Shown here piece after piece: positions 13,933 through 26,010 of a stretch of 64,000 nt of DNA. Within the stretch, counting starts at the first letter, position 1, and each line of letters opens with the position of its first letter. The position numbers were made by a program, and so were the translations under genes. Source of the DNA: Tubulanus polymorphus (taxonomy: Eukaryota; Animalia; Nemertea); the NCBI RefSeq assembly GCF_964204645.1, contig NC_134031.1, forward strand, positions 19,289,910-19,353,909. The letters run 5' to 3'. The notes beneath the pieces were generated by a model, which worked only from the letters and a program-made list of their open reading frames with translations, was not told the origin of the DNA and did no database searches.

Positions 13933-16900
13933 GACTATGTTTTTTTGTGATTTGAAATGAAAAATAGTATAGTAAGGCAAATCAAACTGGCACAGCCGCA
14001 AAACTGAACAAATCTTGCATCGAAAGGCGTCAAGTTTATCTGGATAACTGTTGAACTGGATTCAGTTCTGCTTCATCGGTGAAATGATTGATTCTGGGGC
14101 TATAGTTTTTCACGATTATCTAATTCTGTCATAGCCATATATAGGCATCACAGAGTAGCAAAACAATGAACAGTTGCGACGGGGATTTTCAATGGTTGAA
14201 ACGATATCAAAATTTAGCACTGAATTCGATTTTCATTTGATAAAATCATATCTAGCATGTATACATTCATTGAAATCGGTTTTAGTCGTTTATACGTGTG
14301 CAATAGATTTTTGTTAACGAACTGTTCCCTCGATGTATAAATAAAAACCGCTAAACTGATGTACTCCGAAAATTCCAGCAATTCCAGAGTATATACATTT
14401 ATCAAAAATCATTATTTTCAAGTCGATCGTTGTTCGTATTTTTGATGATTGTAACAAATATTACCGTCGAATGGAAAGTACACGTAGAAAAATGTTCGAA
14501 TGTTTCAACATTATCTCGTTAAGTATTTTGTTTGCGTACTTTGATTGGCGTAGGTCGTTGTCGGCTGCTCACGAGCTGATCGTACTATAGGGACAGATGT
14601 GCAAACGTAAAAACATTCACGCGCGTACAAATCAATTGAACTATAATTTTTCTCTAATTGCATTTATATCATATTTTACACGTATATAAACATATAATAT
14701 AAGCATATGATGTGTATTTTCTAAGTCACTCGTAGCTCTTGTGCAATTATGGGAAAAATGTCTTCGTTTGAAAATAGTAGAGAAGTTGTCCAGCATAAAG
14801 CGGCGCACACTTTATATTTCATTTGACGAAAAACTGCCGAGGATGGTTTAAAAAGTGCACCCTTTGCTAATATTCACTTTCGAATAAAACGTTTATATGT
14901 ATGTAACCGTGTAACCCGTATTAGGTTTCTATGTAGGGCGTTTGTACTTTATGAAAAGATAAAAAACAAAGTTCGTATTGGCCGGTATTTCGAGGTTTTT
15001 CAAGTGGTGACGATCCCATATCAAATTGTTAAACCACTTTCGAAAAGTCAATATATCAATACTTTGAATGAATATGTCAGTAGTACTTTAGTTTGAAAAA
15101 AAAAATGTTTGACATCGGAGCAACGTATAATGACGCGTGTACTTTTTATTCCAATACATAGACAATGACACACAACGACGAATTTTCCGATCCTATTACA
15201 CACGCATTTACCTTTGCACCGCAAATATTTTCAATCGTTCTCCCCTCCCTTACTAGGCATGTGGCGTTATGACGACTCTGTTGTGGAAAAAACTCGTTCT
15301 TTTCTTTCCTCCCAATTTCAATAGCATGTTCAATCAATTTATCTATCATGTGTATGACTATAATATAAGTTTTACGTAGTTATAACAAATATTTTCTTTT
15401 CCAGTTTTCCTTCGAAAAAAAAAAATTATAGCATGTTTTTGCATCTTTATTCAACATTTATTTATATACACATATATACATATAAAATTATATAACATAA
15501 TCATAATCCTTCATCTTACGTTGAATCTATATGATCATGATGATTAGGACGATAATTATGACGATAACGCGGCTATAATGATGATGTATATTGTAATACA
15601 CAAATACATACACACTCTTAAAAATTCATTGTAAGTATTATGAAATATGTTTCACAATAAAAAAATGATGTACGATATTTATTTACAAATCGTGAAGTTT
15701 ATGTTCGTATATGAAGGCGGATCTAACTGTGTCGGATCAAGTTTCACAGTCTTAGGTTGAATTTGAATCAAAAGTTGAATTATTGCTGGCAATACAAATT
15801 ATCCCAACTGATAAATGTGGAACTGGGTTCTGGTATGGTGTCGTATTGTTCTATCATGCAGACTATAAACGTATTGGTTTCGATAACAGGGCGTCTCGTT
15901 TTCTTATGCTCCTATAGTACTGATTGTCACGCAGATGACATCACAACGTGTCATTATGGCCGTCTAAAGGTTCTGAAGTACAAAGTCAGAGCCCAAGATG
16001 ACATCGTAGCCTATCAATGATTGTCGTCGTTGCGCTAACTGGAGTACATACAAGTCACAGTGGCAAATGAAGCGCGCGAGACCTAGTCCCTCGACAAACT
16101 CCGACCATTTTTAATCTTTGGCCCTGGCGGTGTCTTTTCGGGCCCGAATTATTTCTGGAATATATTTTGATAGTTTAGATACACTGGCCTGCAGCCTACT
16201 GGGGTGACCCAAATCTAGGAGGCGCAGCTGATTTGAAAGATTTCTCTAATTTAAACGATCGTGGGCGATTATCCGACAGGGCAGCAGTTTGAGGCTGGCG
16301 CACTCGTTTCCGTACGTACTGGCACATCTGTCATTTCAATAGGGAATAATTGAAAAATAATACTTCAAGCAAACACTTCACGCCGCCTCGGTTTTTGGAC
16401 ACGAAGCTTGTTTTGCTGCCTTATATGTACTTTGCCGATGGAACCTTGTCCCAATTCGCGGACAGCGGCAATCTAACAACAATCGAACGAAGGTCACGTA
16501 AAAACCGTCAAGTGGTTTTTAAGTACTCGAATTCGCTATTTTATTTGCTTTATTCTCGAGTTCGGCACGAAATTAGTTTCGTCTCAGATCATTAAAAAAA
16601 AAACACGTGAGAGTGTAGCTGGCCTGGGTGCATTTCGGCATCACTTTGTAGAATAGTTAATATAATTCGATGTACAATGCGTAATTTGTAATTAAACGCA
16701 GACAAATCGCCATCTGGTAAGTCATCATTTCACTGAAGTCGACTCGATTCAAATTTCATATGTCGGATAGTTCAATGTTATTTCAAATTTTGAGGAAGCG
16801 TCTGCATCACTTTCATATCCCAATCTCACTGTAGACTCTCCTCCTAAATTCCTTCCAAGTCGGTACTCAGTAATCAGTAAACCATTAATATGGTGGAATT

Positions 16901-16999
16901 GGAAGCTACAATGTATTTCCATCCTAAACACTACCTAAACTTGTTTATCGGGTTAACACAAATTCTGGTCGCAACTGATTTCAGGCGTAGTTTACTGTA

Positions 17000-17130
17000 C
17001 TACTAACATTTCTAATTGCCTATTCCTCAAAATTGAAGGAGGTTTGGGCATTTTGCTCAAATGAAAGGAGTTTCAAGCACTTTTTATAGAAATTTCCCGT
17101 TTATGAATCAAGGAGTTGAAGGGACCCTGT
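17000..17130 (+). repeat. Dispersed repeat (MITE-like); second copy at about 36935-37087
   Basis: Shared aacatttctaa(ct)attgcctatt.ctcaaa.ttgaagga...tttcaagcac...gggaccc in both places. Confidence 0.65.
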
Positions 17131-17806
17131 ATAATCGCTTCCTCGCTTCTGATCAATCTTTTATAGCTTCATTTCAGGGAAAATTTTAAAAGAAGTTATT
17201 TTGCTAAGGTCAAAATTGACATTAATAGCTAAGTCGCTACTGATAGATCAGTTAACCTAGAAAACTGATTAAAAAACCCCAAATTCAAATAATACTTAAT
17301 TATCTTTATTAACAAGAATATTACAAAAATTACGCACAGACCCAGTGTAACAAATAAAGCATAATTAGAACATAACCACGCGAAACGATATCATCATTCG
17401 GGGGCTTCCAACTCGAAATCAGCAATTCTTCTTTGCTCCGAAGATGATGACCCCGGAGGCCGATTACTAGGTTACCACGAGGTAAACAGGTTCTGATTGC
17501 CATCAAAACTATTACACTCAACATATCGTAATTCAAAAATCAATATCCGATAGCTGTTTTATTGTATTCAGTTCACATGCACTGCTAGTACAGTGCGGTA
17601 TTGTATACTGTTACTAAACAGCGTGCAGATCTATTTTCAGTTGAGTCCAAGCACTGAGTTGCACTCTTATCGTCTAACGCATTAACGTTCTCATTATCGA
17701 CCATCGAGGTTTATTTTTCAAACATATGTTCTCTCACGAGTAGTTGACGAATTGACATATTATTTTCATCGAATATTCTGCCCGTGTTTGCTTTTGACTC
17801 CTTCGA

Positions 17807-20073
17807 TCATTTCCAGAATTTAGCGGAACCTCTCAGACTGAAAGATATAAAGAAAGTTCCCTAGAGTTCCCTAGATTGCGATTAGAAACCACTACTGGTA
17901 ATCATTATTTTACTGAACCGTTGAAGTCATTAACAATCAGTCGTTTATACAGCAGACCCCAGATTCTACTCTATCATATTATAACAGTTCTTTTAAATTG
18001 GTGCCAATGGCTTGAACTGAAGGCATTAATCTCCTCATCCACTTACCCTTTAGTTTTTGAAGTCTTTTTGACGGCCTTATCTCCGGTTGAAACAGAGCTA
18101 TCCGTAACCATTTGTTCTTCGACGTCCTGCTGTTGAGTTGTTTTCAACGTTTTCTTGATATTTTGTACCTGGTTAAAGTATTCGAATGATTCTATAACGT
18201 TCATGGCGATTAATATTTTCTGATTGCGGTAACGAGTTCTTTTATCACTGCCTCAATATTTTACCTCTGAATCGATTTTTTCTCGTATTTTCTGTTGTGA
18301 ATCTCGGTATTCATTCGCTTTTATTATTTGAGCTTCAATATTGTGTATTACGCTATCACAGCTATCACACCTAACAGAGATGAATCAGTTGAAAATTAAT
18401 TTGGTTCAAACCACGAACTGTGGAACTGGATCAAGAGTCAAATTAAACTCACACAACTGTGGAACTGGATCCAGAGTCAAATTAAACTCACACAACTGTG
18501 GAAATGGATCCAGAGTCAAATTAAACTCACACAACTGTGCAACTGGATTCAGAGCTAAAATCATATCCTGGGGAACTGGTTCGGGAGTCAAATAACTGGA
18601 ACTGGATCCACAGTTGAACTAAGATTACAAATAACGACTGATTTTCTTACCAATCTTGTAAAACAGTGACAATTTCTTTCATTGATTCTGGTCTAATATC
18701 GCGACCGAGTGCGAAATCAACCTCTAATTGTTGATTTTTCTGATCTAATTTTCCATGCACGATATCAGCGTAGATCACTTCGATGATCAGATCCTGAAAA
18801 TATAGAAATATTCTCTTTCACATTAAATAATATCGTATTTTGGGCAAATGCATCTAGATTTTACCACCTGCTTAAGCCTGATCTGATATGGCCTTAGTAC
18901 AGACAAAACCATACAATTTTTTTTCACAAAACTTTTCCAGTTTGGACTGTGAAAAGCAAAGTTGACAATTGGTTAAAGAAAACTTGGTGAAACACTGAAT
19001 CTCAATCCCAAAATTTGTTGAGAATCATAAATTTAGTAAAATAGTTTCCGTAGAAAATTTGGTAAAATTTGTGGAGAAAATGATAATATGTCAATGAGAT
19101 AAATAGATCGATGATTTTAAACTTGCCTCTAATTCTCGTAAATTCTTCAAATCCAATTCTTGTAACAAAACTGGATACGGAATACACTAAAAAGAAACAT
19201 ACGGATTCAATATAGAGGGCAGCACACGACTGCGAATAATTTCAGGGTTCTTCGATCGACGGTGTTTACCTTGGATTTAGTGGCGAGCGAAACGATAGTT
19301 AGGTGTCGAAGTTTTTTCATCTGCGCCGGGTTTAATTGCGGTAAATTGTCGTTATTCGCTGAAATTAGGTAAAGTCTTTATTTAAATGACTACGACCGAG
19401 ACATAACAAATTCTAAGCTTAATCCTGATCAGTTAAATGCGAATTTCAATCTAATCTATTCATAAACAAGTGTGAAATAATGTGTAGGGAATCCTGCATT
19501 AATAACAAAAAAATAATACAAAGTCTGAAAATGTTTCCTTGAGTGAGTAGTTTATTCGGTGTTTCGACTATATTCTAATAGTCATTTCCAAGGAAACATT
19601 TTTTGACTTTATGTAAATTTTTCGTTATTATTGTGGGATTCTCTACATATTATTGTCAGCTCAAAGGAAGGCGGAAGATTTACTAGTGAGAAATTGGGAA
19701 TTTTATGATATCAATTGAAACCTTGGGATAATTCCAAGAATGATTGGAACTTCTGATTTCTCATAAATTCGGATTCATTTTATCCGTCGGAACTGATCTA
19801 GATTAATCGGTGCGACTGGTATCAACCTGAATTACCTTTATAATCACTGTACGTCCCGTAAGCGAACAAATTCAGTAAATTAAACCACGCAGCATGTTCC
19901 GGATTCGAGGCCAATTCCTGAATATTAGGCATATCCAACAGCTCACCGAATACGTAGACGCCGGTTGTTTCTAACGCTTGTTTTATCAGCGCTACGGCTC
20001 CGGCGCCTTTAGTCGTCTTCGCTAGTAATACAAACTGTTCTAAAGGATTCGTAGCTTGCTGTTTTTCCGACAT
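17807..20073 (-). CDS. COPS7: COP9 signalosome subunit 7
   Basis: Exons 20073-19836, 19358-19270, 19186-19127, 18793-18651, 18370-18265, 18168-18047, 17837-17807. Protein has [83 protein letters not shown] (PCI domain) and ends [11 protein letters not shown]. Confidence 0.96.
18416..18615. repeat. 39-bp tandem repeat (~3.5 units plus fragments) in a COPS7 intron
   Basis: Unit aactgtggaactggatccagagtcaaattaaactcacac; accounts for the spurious repetitive ORFs at 18341 and 18406. Confidence 0.9.
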
Positions 20074-20728
20074 CGTTCTGCTGCTGCTACTGCAGAGAAA
20101 AACACAAATACAACATGAAGTTAGATCGATAATGTTCCATTTGACGAGAGGGTTGAGAGGGGGCTAAAGGATTGGGGTAAGGGTAAGAGTACAAGGTATA
20201 AGGGTAAGGTTGTAAGTAGTAGTAAAGCTGGGATAACGGCATTTGACCTCGACATTTGTTCCAATGGTAAGAGATCTGCACTAGCACTCCATGGCTTGCA
20301 TGTTCGGATCCTGAATTTTGTGACTCACATTGCCATTGGATTGATAACTTTCTGGTGTTACGACAGCCTACAGTTGCTTTCAGTGAGAAGCTTAGAACCA
20401 GTAGTTTATCGCTATGGCGCAGTATATGGAGAGCCCAGAAACAACCACTACACGACTGGATGAACTGTCATTGACATCTTTATTCTGACATCTTTATTTA
20501 GTCCCATTACAGACCTTTGACATTATTGTTGTGAGAAATCCATAATAATTTATTGATCACCACACAGCAGAGAGAGTGATCACGGAGACGTAGTGATTGT
20601 GATTGCTTTTCTTCTGCCTTTGGGTCTGTTGTGTATTTGCATCGGATGAAAGGTATCAAAGCTTCTAAACCAGAATTTTAGTCTTCGGATTCAACAATAA
20701 CGTCGATGTGATAAGACAGATTCCTACC

Positions 20729-20800
20729 TAAATTATCTTTTTATCGCGAAAATTTGAGAAAAAAATTAGCCTTCCTTTATTTCCGGGTTGACGGCTCCAC
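20729..20800 (-). promoter_or_regulatory. Probable COPS7 5' UTR exon and promoter
   Basis: Donor-like TTAG|GTAGGA at about 20728, ETS-like CCGGAA at 20781-20786, acceptor at 20090-20092 just upstream of the ATG. Confidence 0.4.
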
Positions 20801-22744
20801 AGTTCTGACTAAAACATGGATTTGGACTTCGATGTTTTAACAGACCTATACAATTCAATTCAAAACTTTATTGCTCCTTGTGATTTAGAAATAAAACATC
20901 GGATTGTACACAATAAAGATAATACGAGGAAAAACAACATTAGATCTAAACTGCTAAAAACACTTCGAAGAAAAAGGCACAAATACATAAAAATCATGTT
21001 AAAAGTCAACCCTTCACTAGAATTTCCGGAGTGTTAGTCGTGTAGGGGCGTCCGCGTTCGAAAATGTTCAGAGATAATTGGATACAATGTTGTATATTTC
21101 TAGATCACCATTACTATAGGATAGAATGAATATGAATTCATCAGTGTTAAGTCTAAGAAGTTAGTGAAGTTTAAGTTTTTGGAAAAGTTGAGACCTGAGG
21201 TCGCATGCCCAGAGCGACGATCTGTAATACAGATCCACTTTTCGGGGACCTATTAAGATCTTTCTCGCTTTTTATTGCTACTTAAACAACAGAATTGCTT
21301 TATGATGACAGCTTTCGGGGGATAAAGCTAGTCAGCAGCCATAATATATCAAGTCATTTAAAATTGCGCGGGGTGTGACAAGTTGGTCAAGTCAGCCAAT
21401 CCCATCACTGATCGCTGTTCGATTCAAACCACAGATTTCTTTAATAAGTTCATAAATTACCATCACTGACCAATTCAAACTTCTCGAACATGAGAACGAT
21501 ATACCGCGTTTAGTGTCAGACTAAAAAAGGATTCACCATCGTAAATTCATAAATCGACCACACTGACCAATTTAAACTTCTCGAATATGAGAAAGAGTCA
21601 CCACAATTGATAAAATTCAATATTTATTCAAGAAAACTCATGGTAGAAACAACGATGAAATAAACAAAGCAGGGCCAAGCCCAAAAAATTCACGAAACAA
21701 TTGAAGGTTTTAACGTGAATCTTATTTATTTTCATACAACAATTATAGAAAATTCCAGGTGCTTGAGAAATTATAATATAAGTTCCTCAACCACGATGAC
21801 TGTTTCAAAAAAGACCAACCATAATGGACGTATAAACTATAAACTAGGACAATTTACTAATGTTCATATATCCTCATTTATCAAGAAACTCTACTCTATT
21901 TTACGATAGGACCTTAATTAAATTGCTATCACATGAACCACTGAATTCTATACAACGGTGAAAAAGTTGTTACAAACTAAACTATTAACAATTGAAGAGT
22001 AATAACATAAGTTCCTCATGAACAAACACGTGAACTGTATAGCAAAAACTGTTCAACATAAAAGCATTAATCTGAGGTAAAAATCTACGAATTCACTCTA
22101 AAAAGCTTAAGATTAACAAATCCATCTTTAATTTCATTTTGATTGACATTATTAAGAAAAATATAATTTTGCAAACTTTGCCTCGTCTTAACTTAAAAGA
22201 TATTCAAACATCATGAATTCGCTTGAATTAAGTATTCTGACGTGAACTTAAGTTCCCAGTGTTGATATTATATCTCAAGTTAAGGCGCAACTCAACCGAC
22301 CTATGAGTCGAAAGTAGGCAGTGGACGTGATCATTTAAACAGCGTCACCAACCTAACTTAACTAATCTATCTGGTAGCAAAAATCAAAATCATGTAGCTA
22401 GATTTTATGAGACTAAGAAGGAATTTAAATCAGATTACAAAACAAAATGACTGTTTACAAATTCATTAGTCCTCTCGAAAATAATTCAACCAATCAATAT
22501 AAATTATTTGGATGGGATTTTATTGAAATATTCAAATGTAGATAGTTCCTTCTAAGACCACAGAACCATAATTATCCTAACTTAAATTTCATTAAATAAT
22601 TCATACTCTGTTCTACCACTACCGACAAGTAGACTGTAATCTGGTAAATTTCGTGAACTACATTTCTGACTAGACCAGTTTGTACAAGTGGAAGTGTAAA
22701 GATAAATCATTACGTTACTATACTTTGAAGTCCACTATTGTCTC

Positions 22745-23045
22745 TATTGCTCCTTAGCGTTTATAAGATGCACTAGCTGCTCCTGAGTCAGTGTTTATAC
22801 GATTCACTAGCTGCACCTCAAGTGTTTATAAGATGCACTAGCTGCACCTCAAGTGTTTATAAGATGCACTAGCTGCTCCTGAGTCAGTGTTCATAAGATG
22901 CTAATATCTTTGCTCCTCCAGAATAAGTGTTTATAAGATACACTATTGTCTCTGCTGCTCCTTGATCAGTGTTTTTAAGATGCGCTATTGTCCATGCTGC
23001 TCCTCGAGTGTTTATAAGATCCGCTACTGCTGCTCCTGAATCATA
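22745..23045. repeat. Degenerate 31-45 bp minisatellite
   Basis: Recurring gtgtttataagatgcactagctgc(t/a)cct core, about 8 copies with variable linkers. Confidence 0.85.
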
Positions 23046-24527
23046 ATGTTTGTAGAAATCCACCATCTTGTTGAAGAAATCCATCGTTGGGTGGTAACTC
23101 GCTGCTGCTGGCTCCATAACTTCGCATCTGGACATCTGCAGTTTTCATCGGCATCAGTAGTCGTCTACTTTTGGTTGTCGTTTACCAATCGAAGACCATT
23201 ATTTCCAGGATAGAGTTTAGCTGAAATAAGAAAAAAGAACATCCTATGAGGCAGACCATACTAACAAGCATTGATTATAATTTACACGTTAATTTGAATA
23301 ATACGGGCTGCCATGTTTTTTTGTAGGGGAAAAATTCATTCGAAATTGTGGCTGAAATTGTGGCTTAAAACCACAATAATTAATAGTAGTTCAGCAACAT
23401 TAATACATCACTGTTTAAGACTAGTGACAATAGAATACGAGGCTGGATATAAGATCAGCCGTGCGGACCGTTACATGAAAATTAAACAACATAGAGGTCT
23501 GATGTCTATACTAGAATAATTTCAAATCATTTTAATTTATCTCTATTTTAGATATTTAAACAATAGGTTAATTATTGAGCTATGTAGCTATAGTTTTAGC
23601 TAAAGTTTGTTTTGGCAATTTGACTGCCTATATCCTAGTAATTACCTATATTTTTATTGTCAGCTAAACAATATTCCTATTATCAAATTAACTCTATTGT
23701 CGGTTAATAATGACACTTGATTCGCCGAGAAATTCATTAATGAAAATGGTAAAACAGCACACAACATGTGGTGTAAAGTATTACCTCAATCTTTAAAAAA
23801 GTATCAATATATAATTTGCAAAAATAATCTATTAACCGAAGATCAAGTTTAATTGATAAATAATATATGTATAACTAGTTTATAACGGTTTCATCCTAAC
23901 CAGTAAAGTTTGCCTGCATGTATATTCTAGTAGGCCCTGAAATATCTACCAATAATTTGGTATCAAACTTTATTAGAATCATAGTTAATTTCTAAGCAAT
24001 TGGTCAATTAGAATATTTTCCTATTTATATTTTCATTGTTGAGGCGCGAAATGTCTATACTAGAAAATATTTTGATATTCCTAAGATACTTATTGTACAT
24101 ATCTTAAGAAAAATCTGATTATTGATATTAACTGGCCTATCTACACATCAATACTCAGCCAAGAATATTCATATGAGACCTAACGAGTAACATTAGAGCA
24201 ATGATTGTTTTAGATTTCAACTCACTCATAACCATATACCGGCCACAGAGTTTCAATCTTCAATCAGTTTATAGCCAAATTGAGAAAATTGAGAACTTCA
24301 CCAGCGTTTCTGTTCTCTCCAGTGCTATACACATCCTGCCCTTGATGCTAACCCAGTAATGAAAAATCAACTTAGCTTTTTATCAAGACTGCCAAGTTCA
24401 GTTTCGAAAGGTCTCTTGGTGTCTTGTTGATGAGTTTAATTCAAGCTGTCTTCGGTGGTCACTTCTGGTCGGTAGGATCTAGATGGCTAATGTATCTCAT
24501 GCTGAGCCTTTCCAGATTCATGTTAAG

Positions 24528-25140
24528 CTGAAATGAGAAAAAGAATGACATTCTGTAGTTACACAATTCTTTGATTAATTGTAATTGACATGTGTATCAA
24601 CTTAACTTTCTTAAGATTGCTGAGCATCCTTTTTTCATCGTCCTATGGTGTCTCCGTCATCTTCTTAATCATGGTGATGGGCAAGTTCAGATTAAGTTTA
24701 CCTGAAATAGTAAAAAAGACATTTCTGTAGTCACACAATCCTTTGATTAATTGTAATTGACATGTGTATCAACTTAACTTTCTTATGATTGCTGAGCATC
24801 CTTTTTTCATCGTCCTATGGTGTCTCCGTCATCTTCTTAATCATGGTGATGGGCAAGTTCAGATTAAGTTTACCTGAAATAGTAAAAAAGACATTTCTGT
24901 AGTCACACAATCCTTTGATTAATTGTAATTGACATGTGTATCAACTTAACTTTCTTAGAATTGCCGAGCATCCTTTTTTTATCGTCCTATGGTGTCTCCG
25001 TCATCTTCTTAATCATGGTGATGGGCAAGTTCAGATTAAGTTTACCTGAAATAGTAAAAAAAGACATTTCTGTAGTGACACAATCCTTTGATTAATTGTA
25101 ATTGACATGTGTATCAACTTAACTTTCTCAAGATTGCCGA
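24528..25140. repeat. 172-173 bp tandem repeat (~3.5 units), each unit exon-plus-intron-like
   Basis: cttaactttc anchors at 24601, 24773, 24945, 25118; near-identical units. Confidence 0.95.
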
Positions 25141-25233
25141 GTTCAGTATCGTCATCTTCTGTCCTCTTGGGGCATCGACGTCTTCTGGGGGAGTCCTGAA
25201 ACGAAAAAAAGAACGGAGATGAAAACCTGATAC

Positions 25234-25420
25234 GGAACAAAACTAATGTCCGAAAGCGTCGGCTCTCCTTCGCCGGTCATGTGCGGAGGATGCCAGAAAA
25301 AGAGTCATCCAGGGATTCGCTGCCCTCTACATGCCCTCACACAGAACGCGAAAAAACAAGACGACAACCGCTTCAAAATCACCATCTAACTACAGGATGT
25401 CCTAAGCGACGTCAGTAACT
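25234..25420 (+). mobile_element. Non-LTR retrotransposon (RTE-like) 3' ORF fragment
   Basis: Translates VRKRRLSFAGHVRRMPE, then after a frameshift AALYMPSHRTRK, resembling the RRL.(W/F)AGHV.RM...P...R..GRP tail of RTE-clade LINEs. Confidence 0.7.
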
Positions 25421-25495
25421 GACAAACCTATCAGATTGCACAACACTAAAATAGCGCAGTACAACCAGATTGACCGGGTAGAGATTCAAGATCTC

Positions 25496-25765
25496 AACTA
25501 GCACTCAAAAGCGTGACAAGAGACTTCATCCACTGACCGAGGTTGTCACAAGGACACAATGAAACTAGCACTCACAAGCCGACAAGAGACTTCATCCACT
25601 GACCGGGGTTGTCACAAGGACACAATGAAAACTAGCACTCAAACTAGAAATCAAAGAGCGCGACAGTAGAATCATCCCTCAGCCGACTCAGAATACCAGA
25701 AACAAAGAGCGTGACAGTAGAATCATCCCTCATCCGAGCGGTCACAAGGACACAATGAATGCTAG
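25496..25765. repeat. Nested ~68 bp and ~52 bp tandem repeats
   Basis: aactagcactca...gacaagagacttcatccactgacc..ggttgtcacaaggacacaatgaa twice; aaagagcg.gacagtagaatcatccctca twice. Confidence 0.85.
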
Positions 25766-25825
25766 TAACGTGACAATCCAGTATAACCACTCCATTTTAA
25801 CCCTGTGTAATCCAACAGATATGCC

Positions 25826-26010
25826 CATCATTGACATCACTCAGCACACTCTGCAGTGAGATGTTGAAGTGAAGCAGTTGTCGTCCTGGTTTTCGTGTTC
25901 CGTATGAGGGCGTGTAGAAGGCAGCATTTCCTGGCCGACTTTTTTTTCTGACATCCTCCACACGTGACCAGCCAAGGAGAGCTGATGCTTTCGGACATAA
26001 GCTTTGTTCC
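25826..26010 (-). mobile_element. Second RTE-like fragment, inverted relative to 25234-25420
   Basis: VRKHQLSLAGHVWRMSE and AAFYTPSYGTRKPGRQLL in overlapping minus ORFs; alignable by eye to the plus-strand copy along its length. Confidence 0.7.

Noticed and set aside
20150-20225. Telomere-like TAAGGG repeats
   Set aside because: Few degenerate units inside an intron; not TTAGGG.
20465-20500. miR-8-like string TGTCAG..TAAAGATGTC on the minus strand
   Set aside because: Seed absent and no precursor hairpin; arises from a short tandem duplication of gacatctttatt.
22745-23045. Repeat-with-variable-linker array resembling CRISPR
   Set aside because: Linkers are short and related to each other, repeats are degenerate, there are no cas genes and the context is eukaryotic: a minisatellite.
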